From assembly GCF_001194135.2 (NCBI RefSeq), contig NC_068998.1, positions 19,587,912 to 19,641,927 of the forward strand: a DNA stretch of 54,016 bases. The letters are read 5' to 3'. The notes under the pieces were generated by a model. The model made no database searches. It was given only the letters and a program-made list of their open reading frames with translations, and was not told where the DNA came from. Both the position numbers and the translations under genes were made by a program. The stretch is from Octopus bimaculoides (Eukaryota). Positions 25,171 to 37,611 of the stretch are shown here, one piece after another. The stretch's first letter is position 1. Every line of letters begins with the position of its first letter.

Positions 25171-25767
25171 GCAAGAGTTGGGTCTTTTCATTTTCTGCAA
25201 ATATAAATATTTGTATATGGTTTGATTGGAGCCAAATGTTTTTTTAAAAAGGTTGCTCTTCCTACTGCTAAATAGTCAATTGTATTTTCATCTAAGCAGA
25301 TTGAACGAAGCAGATTAATCAATTTTCTCTGGTGGACACAAGACAATAGCTGCAACTAACTTTGAACTTGTATATTCTTTTCTTCAACAGTTTAGCACTG
25401 TAACCCCATATACTACATTGAAGTTTAAACTCATAGCCTTGTTTTCAATGGTTTAGCACTGTAACCCCAGATACTACATCTTAATGACATATTATGGCTT
25501 GCTGATATAAAAGATAACATGTCTATAATTATCAGTAAAACAAAGTTCACATCAGCAAGTCAAGAATTGTTGAAGATTCAGCCAGTCTGCCTACACAGTT
25601 GATAGAGTACCAATACAATGTTAGTCATGTTTAAATAACTCACTGTATCAACCAGATTATTGGATGTTGTTTGACACCACTGGTCACAATGTGCTTCCTT
25701 GCATTGTTGTAGCTTTTGAATGATGCCATTGCTGGTTAGGCAGGCAGGCAGGCCAACATCCCCTTAA

Positions 25768-25980
25768 CCCTTTAGCATTTAAAGTGGCCATATCTGGCCC
25801 AAATATGCCTCCTGTTTTATGTTCAAATTGGCCAGATCTAGCCTCTCACACCTACTCTAAAATGTCATTCTAAAAAGAGCACCATTGAAATCTCAAAGCT
25901 ATGAAATAATACATGATTAATTAAAAACAGTATGAATAAAAAAGCTTTACATTTGGCAGAGTAATTTCAACACTAAAGGG
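25768..25980. mobile_element. piggyBac-like MITE (family P1), 213 bp
   Basis: TTAA|CCCTTTAG...CTAAAGGG|TTAA. The last ~40 bp are duplicated in tandem at about 25985-26030. Confidence 0.85.
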
Positions 25981-26909
25981 TTAAACAATGCTTTACATTT
26001 GACAGAGTAATTTGAACCCTAACGGATTGAAGAGTGAACCAGAGCAACATGATATGAAGTGTTTTGCTCAAGAACACAATGCACACCTGGTCTGCAAATC
26101 AAAACCATGGACTTGTGATTGTGAGTGCAAACACCCTAACCACTAAACCACACACTTTCACATAAATAAATCCATGGACTTTTATCCATTTGTATATATT
26201 CTCAATGTGAAATTATGCTCAAGAAAGCCTTTTTAGCAGTTTAGGCCATGTACTAAACCAGCTGGTCCCATTGTTATTTAACAGTCCATCAGGACTTGCT
26301 TCTCTTTCCTCATCCCAATCTACCAAAAAGGCCATTATGGGCCTAATTTTACAGCAAGGCTAAATACATCTGAAAGTGAGTCCATGGATATATTTATATA
26401 TTGAATATGCATCCATTACTGTCTAAGCTATGTCAGCATCGGTAACAATTACATAACTAGCTCAAAATGTGCAGTATTTTGTCCTCATTTCTTAAGAATC
26501 CTGTTCACAAGTTGGTTTGGTTTTGATCCAACAGAAGCTGAAATCTAAACGTTAAGATAAAAATCACTCTACTCTTTCAGTGGCTTTTTATAAACTTCCA
26601 CTATCTTTATGTCAAATATATTCAGTGTTTTCACCCCAACTGGATCTCTTCTCTCTTAATCAATACGATAGGAAGAGCTATTTGATAATACAAGCTTCAA
26701 ATGAGGGGGAAAAAAAAAATACATTCCTTATTCCTTTAATTAAAAAAAAGTTTCATGGGTGGTCAAGAGGACATGGTCACAAAACTGTCTAAAGTTTATG
26801 TGACATTCCAGATAAACTCAAGATTATTTTTAACCAGTGAAGAAGAAAGAGGGGGTCTTCAAAGAAAACTTTAAACAAATTTAATTCAATTTATTCCATT
26901 TGTTTTACA

Positions 26910-27285
26910 AGCACAGGCATGTCTGTGCTAAGAAGCTTGCTTCCCAATAAAATGATTTTGAGTTCAATCTCATTGCATTGCACCTTGGGCAAGTGTCTTT
27001 TATAGCCCAAGGCCAAATAAACCCTGGTGAGTGGATCTGGTAGACAGAAATTGAAAGAAGCTCAACACACACACACACACGTCTTTGTGTTTGTTCACCA
27101 CTCCCAGATGTTTGACAACTGGTGTTGGTTTGTTTACATACCCTTAACTTAGCAATTCAGCAATAGAGAATGCCAGGTTTAAAAAAACAAGCACTGGGGT
27201 TAATTTTTTCGATTAAACCCTTCAAGGCGGTACTCCAGCATTGCTGCAGTCCAATGACTGAAACAAGTAAGTAAAAGATAAGAAA
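26910..27285 (+). mobile_element. SINE family A, full length
   Basis: Head, cttgggcaagtgtctt, internal (CA)n and the gactgaaacaag tail. Confidence 0.8.
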
Positions 27286-28254
27286 GAGTATAACAAAGAA
27301 CTATCAAACTTATGATGTTTTGAAATCTAGATTCAGTCACATTGTTGTCCATAACTGATAATCCTTGATTGAAATAGGAAAACATGTGGAACTGGAACTT
27401 TAAGCTTCTGCTGGTTTTATTTAAGTAATGGGCAGGTAACAAGAACATCTGTTCTAACAGAGGTGTTAATTATAGGAACTGAGTCTTCTATTTCACAGAC
27501 GAAAGTTTAATTAGTTAGTTGCTATTGAGTTAATTTGCTTGCCTTTGCTTCATATACATACATATTAATTAATAGGACCAATTCACAATGCCTCTTTTTT
27601 TTTTTAAGCCTCAATGCGTTTAAACCATGTATTTTTCTTTCTTAGTGAAAAGCTTCAAACAAACAGATGTTGCCATTGCCACCAACACCATCATCGTTTG
27701 AAATTCACTTTTCTATGCTGGATTGGCTGAGATAGGTTTTCAAAGGGAGTATTTTACAACTAGATTGCTTTCCTGCTGCCAAGCCTTTTAGTTGCTTCTT
27801 GTGGCATAGGGACATAATATATCTCTAATATAGAAATCAGCCTGATTAGTTTCATCAGAGATCAGTTATTCATTTTTCTGAGCAGAGAACTTACCATTCA
27901 CCTTGCAGTAATGCTGCTTGCTTTCCACATTTAAACATTCCACAATTAAATGTATCTGCATCACAATCAGAAATCTAAGAGTTTTTCTACCCTGATAATG
28001 GAGGCTCGATTTACCCAATGTTTATTTGCTTCCATCATTGGCTGTATATTATGGTGAACTACATCTACCAACATTATGATAGATCTCCATGCCCCAGAAA
28101 CAGCTGCTGGACTTGTAAAGCCTTACCTCCTCCCCTTTAATTTTTTCTATCATTTGTACTCTGTGTAAGTTTGATCTATTAGTATATTAATATCTATATA
28201 TTTATTCTTAAATATTCATCATCTGAAAATTTTCAGTCTTTGTTTCTTTCTGTT

Positions 28255-28300
<46 letters not shown>

Positions 28301-28369
28301 GTATACCAAAAACCCAAGTTGTTATATTTAATCTGTTTATCTGCATAATTGCCTTTATATATATACATG

Positions 28370-28520
28370 ACTTGTTTCTTTCAGTTTCTTGCTACCAAAT
28401 CCACTCACAGAGCTTTGGTCACCCTGAGCCTACAGTAGAAGCCCAAGGCACCACAGAGTGGGACTGAACTCAGAACCATGTGGTTGGGAAGCAAACTTAC
28501 CACGCAACCATGCCTCTACC
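28370..28520 (-). mobile_element. SINE family A head
   Basis: ttctttcagtttc..ccaaatccactcac..agtgggactgaactc..ccatgtggttggg. Confidence 0.7.
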
Positions 28521-28600
28521 TATGAATACTAATTTTCAAAAGAAAAATATTTAGTACCTTTAAATAAAATTAGATGAAATGAATTACTCATTTATACATT

Positions 28601-29567
28601 TGTAACAACCGTGTGACAGGAGATGGTGACGAGGAATGGCTCCTTTAGCGCATTGCATGGTCGACACAAATATAAAACAAATGAAATGAGGTTAAATGAG
28701 TATAAGTGCCAAGAAGGAAAAAAGAGAGACACAACCGGTAAAAGGTATAAGAGAAAGGTTTTATTAAATGTCAACTTGTATGTCTGTGTGTGTGTGTGAC
28801 ATAATAAACACAATAATAGACAGGCCGTCATATAAACAATATGTATGTGTATACAAACATGTGTACGTGTGTGCGAGAAATACAGAGCATAGAAAAGGAC
28901 GTTAGAAGAAAGTCCAGGAACAAGGATGGGAAAATTCCAGTTTGTATCCAATGGTACACTGTAGTTGAAGTTCTGTATCAAGAAGTTGTGGCAGCAAGGC
29001 AGAGTCAAAGAGACACATGTCATGAGAAGTAGAGGCTTCAATGCTGTGGCCGGTTACTTGGTACAGGAGTTCTCGCAGGTTGTATTCGCTGTTAACCATG
29101 GTGAAGCATTTCACAAACAGCATGGAGAAAGCTGTGTGAGCATTGCTGGTTAGTGTGTATGTAGAGAAGTTGGTGTAGACGCTGGCGGTGGCAACGAAGG
29201 AGTTTACAGTAAACTGTTGAACGAAGTGTTAGATCTCCAATAAAGCTGTGTCATGTCATCGCTGGAACTGGCTGTGTGCTCTGTGGTCAGTGGCTAGACC
29301 TCAGAAGGTCTAGAGCCGACTGACAAATGGGACGATGGAAAGCTAGATTTTATACCATACTATCGGCTCAACTGGGGTTCAGAAAAACTGTCTCATGCGA
29401 CCTTATCTGAAGGCGGTGATTGGTTGGGTTGCGCCCTGGCACAAGATAGAACAAGAGACAAAAATACACCAATTCCAACCAATCAGCGTGGTGGACACAA
29501 CGGGATCCAAAGGTGCGGCCGAAGGCTAGCTGTTATCCGCTATGTCCGCACTCTTGTATATATAACA
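28601..29567 (-). mobile_element. Solo LTR-like element (~967 bp)
   Basis: TG...CA termini (TGTAAC at 28601, TATAACA ending 29567), richer in GC and CpG than its flanks and non-coding. On the minus strand it has CCAAT boxes, TATAAAA, TCAGTC and AATAAA in U3-R-U5 order. No TSD found. Confidence 0.6.
29318..29483 (-). promoter_or_regulatory. CCAAT-TATA-Inr core promoter within the solo LTR
   Basis: CCAAT motifs at 29419-29423 and 29479-29483. Minus-strand TATAAAA at 29354-29348 and TCAGTC at 29323-29318 (+1 A at 29321, 33 nt from the TATA start). Confidence 0.55.
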
Positions 29568-30282
29568 GAGAGAGAGAGAAGCACACTACACATTTGTGAT
29601 AAATATATGCCATTATTTTCTAAATTTTATCAACATCATCACAATCTACTCCATCATAAATCTATTTCTGCAAAATTTCATCTCCTCCTCTGCCGCAATG
29701 GTTTTTTTTATTCTTACTACGTGTGCCACCAAGCTGAGTACATGCACTCATCCTATACCTCCTATGTTGGCACTCTCTGTATCTCTTTTACTATGTCCCC
29801 ATCTCTCTAAATAATGTAAACCATGACATGACATATGTGTGCATGCCTGCATGCATGTACATACATGCAAGTGCATGTGCACATGTACACACACACACAG
29901 TGACATTACTGAGTTTAATGACAACATAATGCTGATAATTATTTCATTTTATATATTCACTTATGAATCAAGCTATATATAAATAGCAAAAAAAAAAAAC
30001 AAACAATTATGAAATCTTTTATATAAGTTTAAATATGAAAATTTTAATTACAATTACGCAATTATTGACAGCATTAAGAAAAAAATCACAAATGAATTTC
30101 ACTTAATTTAAGAACATTTTTAGGAAAGAAAAGTATTTTAATATTCAATATTAAACTATTTAATTAAAATAAAAGCAAGGCTTAAACCTACAGAGCTGTT
30201 TCACTGCCTGATCAGACATAGACCCCTACTTTCAGAGATGGGGTACAACAGCAACTTCAGCACACAAATATTACCCTAAATA

Positions 30283-30500
30283 TTGGTTTCAAATTTTGGC
30301 ACAAGGCCAGCAATTATGGGAAGGGGGTAAGTCGATTCCATTGACCCCAGTGCTCAACTGGTACTTATTTCCTCAACACAGAAAGGATGAAAGGTAAAAT
30401 CGACCTAAGTGGAATTTGAACTCAGAACATGAAGACGGATGAAATGCTGCTTAGCATTTTGCCTGGCGTGCTCACAATGCTGCCAGTTTGCTGCCTTCTT
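30283..30500 (-). mobile_element. SINE family B, well preserved
   Basis: tattggtttcaaattttggcacaaggccagc...gaatttgaactcagaac...gccagtttgctgcctt. Confidence 0.85.
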
Positions 30501-30804
30501 TATGTTAAATATTAATAACTATTTGATTGCATCATCCTAAGATGGATGTAAAAGCTTGTCATCAGAGACATGATTGAGTGATGACCAACTGCATAAGCTC
30601 AAATGAACTTTTTGAGCCAGGATGCTGAGTAATTTGTTCACTATGCAGTGGACATTTTTGATGAAACTGGATGCTATTCTGGCACTCCTTCAATAAAATA
30701 AAATAACAAAAAGAAAAAAAAGAAAACAACTATTACTGTTGTTTTTCCTTATTATACAATCTGGTAAGAAATTTCATCCCCATTTTACGACAATTTGGTT
30801 TCTT

Positions 30805-30952
30805 GGAGTGGTTGGTGTTGGGAAGGGCATCCAGCCATAGAAACCATGCAAAAATCAGACTGGAACCTGGTGCAGCTATCCGGCTTACCAGTTCCATTCA
30901 AACTGTTTAACCCATGCCAGCATTGAAAGTGAGTGTTAAATGATGATGATGA
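30805..30952 (+). mobile_element. RTE-tail-type short retroelement
   Basis: gggaagggcatccagccatagaaacc...acccatgccagcatt...gttaaa(TGA)n. Confidence 0.75.
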
Positions 30953-31465
30953 ATGCATGCATACATGTTTGTATGTGTGTGTATGTTTGTTGATATACAT
31001 TGGCAAATGATACATACAAAGCTTATAAGCACCAGTGAAAAAAAAAAATTACCCCTTTACAGACAAAATCCTTTGACATATTTGTTCTGCATCAACTAAT
31101 ACAATCCCTTATCACTCTCACTGTTAGAAATGCAATGACCTACTAATTTTCCCTTTGGAAACCTGTAACCAACGAAGCTATATGATATAAAATTTTTTTT
31201 AAATAAATAAGTTTGCACCAAAGGTCCAAAATAGTTGTATGATGGAGAAAGGGCAGCTATATCTCAATGACTAATATTTTAAGTAAGTATGGAAAACAAT
31301 ATTTTGGTAAGTATGGGAAACAACTCTGGACATGTTTCCATATTATTAAACCTCCTCAGTAAAGCATAGATTTCACTGTAACTTGTCAAAGTAGTGATAA
31401 GACAATCAGTACTTAGCATAAATATAAACTAGAGATAGATCAACAATGGAAGATAGAGGGGAGGT

Positions 31466-31483
31466 CTTTGGAATATTGATTTT

Positions 31484-31518
<35 letters not shown>

Positions 31519-32262
31519 GAATATTGATTTTAATAATGTATATATATATATATATTTGGAATATTGAATTTAATATATATANNNNNNNNNNNNNNNNNNN
31601 NNNNNNNNNNNNNNNNNNNNNNNNNNNNNNNNNNNNNNNNNNNNNNNNNNNNNNNNNNNNNNNNNNNNNNNNNNNNNNNNNNNNNNNNNNNNNNNNNNNN
31701 NNNNNNNNNNNNNNNNNNNNNNNNNNNNNNNNNNNNNNNNNNNNNNNNNNNNNNNNNNNNNNNNNNNNNNNNNNNNNNNNNNNNNNNNNNNNNNNNNNNN
31801 NNNNNNNNNNNNNNNNNNNNNNNNNNNNNNNNNNNNNNNNNNNNNNNNNNNNNNNNNNNNNNNNNNNNNNNNNNNNNNNNNNNNNNNNNNNNNNNNNNNN
31901 NNNNNNNNNNNNNNNNNNNNNNNNNNNNNNNNNNNNNNNNNNNNNNNNNNNNNNNNNNNNNNNNNNNNNNNNNNNNNNNNNNNNNNNNNNNNNNNNNNNN
32001 NNNNNNNNNNNNNNNNNNNNNNNNNNNNNNNNNNNNNNNNNNNNNNNNNNNNNNNNNNNNNNNNNNNNNNNNNNNNNNNNNNNNNNNNNNNNNNNNNNNN
32101 NNNNNNNNNNNNNNNNNNNNNNNNNNNNNNNNNNNNNNNNNNNNNNNNNNNNNNNNNNNNNNNNNNNNNNNNNNNNNNNNNNNNNNNNNNNNNNNNNNNN
32201 NNNNNNNNNNNNNNNNNNNNNNNNNNAGAGAGAGAGAGAGAGAGAGATAGAGAGAAAGAGAG
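31466..32262. repeat. tttggaatattgattttaat(AT)n minisatellite, gap 31582-32226, then (AG)n
   Basis: Three units run into the N gap. Confidence 0.9.
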
Positions 32263-33699
32263 ACCAATTGTATGAAGGAGAAAGGAAGACACACATCGGC
32301 TATAGCAGTTAATAAAAGAGTGGAAGAGACCATCAGCTGTAGACGTCTAAATATAGACCAGAGATATACCAATGAAAAGAAGAGAACATCAGCTACAAGA
32401 ATCTAAATATAGATTGAAAGTTGAAAGACATACAAAAGAGATATGATAATGATGCCAGGTGTCAAAAGGGATGAATTTAAGAAAGTTAGCTGTTAGATGC
32501 AGAATTTAACTCCATCTAGTCTGGCTGTAATTTCAATTTCAAACCTGTAGAATTGTCTTCTTTCGACTAATAATTTTAAAAAATACAACAGACATATTCC
32601 AGGTTTCATTCATCTTCCCCACTTTACTCCACCTGAATCAATCATGATTGAAGAGATCTATGTTCAGAGATGACCTGTCCATGATTATTCTACTTTTTTT
32701 TTTTTTTTGCATGCTTCTAACACTGTCCAGTATGTGCTTCCATTTTTAAGATGGTAGAGTGTGACAGAGAAAAATGGCTGTTATTTCTAGCAGGTTCCGT
32801 AACTACACAGAGCATCCCTAGTTGGCTTGATATATACTGTAGTCAATCTTCGAAGAAAAATAATAACTTGAATTATTCGCATTTTGGAGGTGAGAAAAAA
32901 AAAATAGAAAGAGAATTATGCATTATAGAAATTAAATATATATTTTTAAAAAAATAATTCAGATGAAATAATTGATAAAATTCTGAACAACTTCTTGATT
33001 TGATTTAATCATATTAAAAGAAATGGTTCTATACCAAATATTTGAGTGATACTAAAGTTATTATCGACATCTCAGATTGGAATGAGGAAGGGAAGGAAGT
33101 CTTCAGGTGAAATGTATGTAGTAATATGTATTAATATCCATTGTGATAAAGCACATTCTTGTAATTCACGAACTGACAAAGTAAAAATAGAAATCAGATT
33201 TATTATGATAAACCAGGAGACAGAATTAAAGAGTTAGCAGGGAAGGAGATAGATAGATGTTTAGAGAGAGAGAGAGGAGAAGAGAGAGAAAAAGAATAGC
33301 AGAAATGAGGTAACAAGTCTATTAATAGTGGTAGGAGGAATTTGCCAAATCTTAATATTATTTGCCATTAGGAAAGAAATATAACTAAGTAAAGAGATGG
33401 CATAAATCCAAAATGTAGACAATGTGATTTCCATTTTAAGTGAATCAGAAGATGATATTCTATGATCATTGAGATTATTTAATTAGCACCTGGATGATTT
33501 TCTAAAAAATTAGATTTCATAAACCTGCTAATTTGCTCTAGGAATTTGAGAATTTTTGGATATGAAACAGTTTGGACAGTGATCATAAATGTGAAAAAAA
33601 ATTTAGAAGTTTCTCTAAGCCGCTATAATTATCACAATAGCCAGGCTAAACATTCCAATAAGATCTATTTATTTATGTATTATCATCATTTTTATTATA

Positions 33700-34141
33700 T
33701 AAGGCAGTGAGCTGGTAGAATTATTGGCAAGTCAAACAAAATGCTTAGTGGCATTTCTTCTGGTTCTTTATGTACTGAGGTCACATTCCGTCAAGGTCAA
33801 TTTTGCCATCAAATCCTTACAGGTTTGGTAAAATGGTAATAGTAGAACACTGGGGTTAGTGTAATTGACTTATGCCGACAGTTCAAATTGCTGGCCTTGA
33901 GTCAATGAAATAAGTACTAAGGTGGTGAGGCAGCAGAATTGTTAGCACACCAGGCAAAATGGTGAGCAGCAGTTTGTCCATTTTTACATTCTGAGTTCAA
34001 ATTCTGCTGAGGTTAGCTTTGCTTTTCGTCCTTAGGGTCAATAAAATAAGTACCAGTTGAGCACTGGGGTCAGTGTAATTAACAATTGACATATCCACAC
34101 TTCTATAATTCCTGGCCGTGTACCAAAATTTGAAACCAATA
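33700..34141 (+). mobile_element. Head-to-tail pair of family B SINEs
   Basis: Copies at about 33700-33915 and 33918-34141. Confidence 0.8.
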
Positions 34142-34657
34142 GAATTATTACTGAGAGAGAGAGAGAGAGAGAGAACGAGAACGAGAGAGAGAAGAAATAG
34201 CAACTACAAAGAAACTGAGTAGTGAACATTATAATTAACAGAGTATGGTATTTTAATTGAAGCTTACAGGTATATCAAAAGGTTAATTAACAAGGCATGG
34301 AACTTCATTTATAATAATAGTTACATTCTAAGAAATAAAGCACTTCACACTTTCTTTTTATTACAAAATAAGTGGACAGCAGGGAATCTCAATATGAAAT
34401 AGGGTTTATTTTTTGGCAGATATTTAACATCATTAGTGGAATAACCATGAAATTAATTTTCACAGTAAAAGCGTTAACAAATGCAGAATAAAAAGCTAAA
34501 AGAAACTTAGAGAGATTTGTACTATTGAACCACTAGTTACCAACCAAAACATTGTCAAACTACTCCTCCTGTATCTAACGGTTCTTGTAAAATATATGTA
34601 AAGTATCCTAAAGAGTTGCATTGCTTTAAGTCAGTTTTATATCAATTTTACTGATAT

Positions 34658-34818
34658 AAGTGTGTGGTAAGAAGTTTACTTTCCAACTATATGGTTTTGG
34701 GTTGAGTCCCAATGCATGGCACCTTGGGCTAGTGTCTTCTACTACAGTCCCAGGCTAAACAAAGCCTTGTGAATGGATGTGATTGGTGGAAATTGAAAGA
34801 AGTCCATCATGTATATAT
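34658..34818 (+). mobile_element. SINE family A head (probable tail at 37415-37592)
   Basis: Head plus CORE-like segment ending in gtatatat. A tail-only piece in the same orientation lies at 37415-37592. Confidence 0.7.
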
Positions 34819-34822
34819 TCTT

Positions 34823-35151
34823 TTATTTGTTTCAGTCATCTGACTGTGGCCATGCTGGAGTACTGTCTAGTACTTATTCTATCGGTCTCTTTTGCTGAAC
34901 CACTAGTTATGGGGATGTAAACACACCAACATTGGTTGTCAAGCGATAGTGGGAGGACAAATACAGATACACAGACATATAAATATATATGAGAGATTTC
35001 TTTCATTTTCCGTCTACCAAATCTACTCACAAGGCTTTGGTTGGCCCAAGGCTATAGTAGAAGACACTTGCCCAAGGTTCCACACAGTCGGACTGACCCC
35101 AGAACCATGAGGTTGATAAGCAAGCTACTTACCACACAGCCACTCCTGTGC
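34823..35151 (-). mobile_element. SINE family A, full length
   Basis: Reverse complement of the 19175-19565 architecture. Confidence 0.85.
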
Positions 35152-35153
35152 CT

Positions 35154-35200
<47 letters not shown>

Positions 35201-35201
<1 letters not shown>

Positions 35202-37376
35202 GCTTGGAGAAGCCATTATGAAAGACTGCTGAATATGGAGAATGAATGAGAGGAGGAGGAGAGCCTGCCAATTGTTGACCCAGTAGAGGGACCAGCTATC
35301 CGAATAGACAGCACCCTGATAGAGAAAGCAATTAAGGGTATGAAGCCAGGAAAAGCCCCTGGCCCACCAGGAACCACTGCTGAGATGCTTAAAACATCTG
35401 GTGGTATGGGCTATGGCCTAGTCAACCATATTGTAAACCAGGTAGTTCATGATGGAGCATACTCAATGACTGGCATAGTAGCACCATAGTCAACTGCTAC
35501 AAGGGTAAAGGTGATGCTTTAGATAGAAATAACTACAGAGGTATCAAACTGCTGGATCAGGTGATGAAGGTCACAGAGAGGTTCATAGCCCAACTAATTA
35601 GAGAGAAAGAGTCTGCTTAGATGAGATGTTATTTGGTTTTGTGACAGGCAGAAACACCACTGATACTATATTCCTGGTATGGCAACTTCAGGAAAAATAC
35701 CTACCCAAAGATAAACCCCTATACTTGGCTTTTGTGGACTCGGAGAAAACCTTTGACAGGGTTCCCCAATCCTTTATCTGGTGGGCGATGCAGAAACTGG
35801 GGATTGATGAATGGTTAATAAGGGCTGTACAGGCCCTATACAGAGATGCCGTTAGTAAGGTTAGGGTTGGCAATGAGTATAGTGAAGAATTCCGGGTAGC
35901 AGTAGGGGTCCACTAAGGATCAGCCCTCAGCCCCCTCTTGTTCATCATAGTCCTCCAGGTAATAACAGAGGAATTCAAGACAGGTTACCCCTGGGAGCTC
36001 CTCTATGCTGAGGACCTGGTTCTTATAGCAGAATCAGTACCAGAACTAGAAGAAATTTCAGGTGTGGAAGCAAGGTTTAGAATCGAAGGGTCTTAAAGTC
36101 AATGTTGCAAAGACCAAAGTTCTATTAAGTGGGAAGACGAACACATCACACACCCCTTCAGGTAGGTGGCCCTGCTCAATCTGTAGAAAAGGTGTAGATA
36201 GAAACTCCATAAGATGTACCCAGTGTAAACTATGGAGACATAAGAGGTGCAGCAACATCAAAGGAAGGTTAACCAGGAAGATAGCTTTCGTGTGCAGCAG
36301 AGGCACAGGGGCAATAAACACCACAGGTGCTCAGAAAACAGATTCCATCACATGCTAGGAGGAGAAACTAGAAGTAGTTGATAGCTTCCGCTACCTAGAT
36401 GACCAAGTCTTTAGTAGGGGTGGATGCTCAGAGAGTGTTACCACTAGAATAAGAATAACCTGGGCAAAGTTCAGAAAGCTTCTACCCCTACTGGTGACAA
36501 AGGGCCTCTTGCATGGAGTGAAAGGTAAATTGTACGATGCATGTATGCAAACTGCCATGCTTCACAGCATTGAAACATGGGCTGTAACTGCTGAAGACAT
36601 GCATAGGCTCGAAAGAAATGAAGCTAGCATGATCTGCTGGATGTGTAATGTCAGTGTGCACACACAACAGAGTGTAAGCACCCATGAGACAAATGTTGGA
36701 CATAAGCATCGGATGTGACATTGGTATGGTCATGTACTACGGATAGATGAGGAGAGCTGTGTGAAGAAGTGCCACTCCCAAACTGTGGAAGGAATCTGGG
36801 GTAGAGGGAGACCCAGGAAGACATGGGATGAGGTGGTGAAGCATGATCTTCAAATGTTGGGCCTCAGAGAAGCAATGACAAAAGACCAAGACCTCTGGAG
36901 ATATGCTGTGACCTACACCAGTGTTGCATAACCAGCCCACTCAAAAGAATCTTGGATCGTAGGGTGACATGCCGTGCTTCAGGTAACCTATTGAGTCAAG
37001 TATATCAAAATCAAATCACAATCAAATGGAAATTGTAGTTGTGATTCCCGTGCCAGTGGCACGTAAAAAGCACCATCCGAATGTGGTCAATACCAATGCC
37101 GCCTTGAGTGGCTTCCATGCCGGTGGCATGTAAAAAGCACCATCTGATCATGGTTGATACCAGCCCCCTCTGGCCCCTTGCCAGTAGCATGTAAGAAAGC
37201 ACCCACTACACTTTCGGAGTGGTTGGCGTTAGGAAGTGCATTCAGCTGTAGAAACACTGCCAGATCAGACTGGAGCCTGGTGCAGCCTCCTGGCTTCCCA
37301 GACCCCAGTCGAACCGTCCAACCCATGTCAGCATGGAAAATGGACGTTAAACAATGATGATGATGATGATGATGAT
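35201..37376 (+). mobile_element. 5'-truncated RTE-clade LINE (RT pseudogene, 3' UTR, (ATG)n tail)
   Basis: MKPGKAPGP, NYRGIKLL, FGFVTGRNTTDTIF, AFVDSEKTFDRVP, GVH*GSALSPLLF, LYAEDL (YADD changed to YAED, 36004-36015), FRYL, GKLYDACMQTAMLH. Contains stops and frameshifts. The 3' UTR spans about 36930-37376. Confidence 0.93.
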
Positions 37377-37611
37377 ATATATATATATAGATAGATAGAT
37401 AATGTATGTATGTATATGTGTGTCTGTCAACTACTTGACAACCAGTGTTGGTTTGTTTACATTCCCATAATTTAGTGATTGGTAAAAGTGACCAATAGAA
37501 TAAGTGACAGGCTATAAAAATAAGTACTGTGGTTGATTTGTTTAATTAAAACCCTTCAAGGTGTTGCAGTCCAATGACTGAAACAAGTAAAAAAATATAT
37601 ATATAATAGGT

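Noticed and set aside
26215-26370. Minus-strand MAFLVDWDEEREASPDG... after a tttcag acceptor
   Set aside because: All frames from the strong acceptor hit stops within 12 codons, and no homology was recognised.
28622-28640. TGGTGACGAGGA, similar to a tRNA-Ser PBS
   Set aside because: It lies inside the LTR-like element on the strand opposite its promoter, with no gag/pol following.
31406-32372. Long ORFs and CRISPR-like periodicity around gaps and minisatellites
   Set aside because: The ORFs consist of N runs and dinucleotide repeats. The repeats have no unique spacers, there are no cas genes, and the context is eukaryotic.
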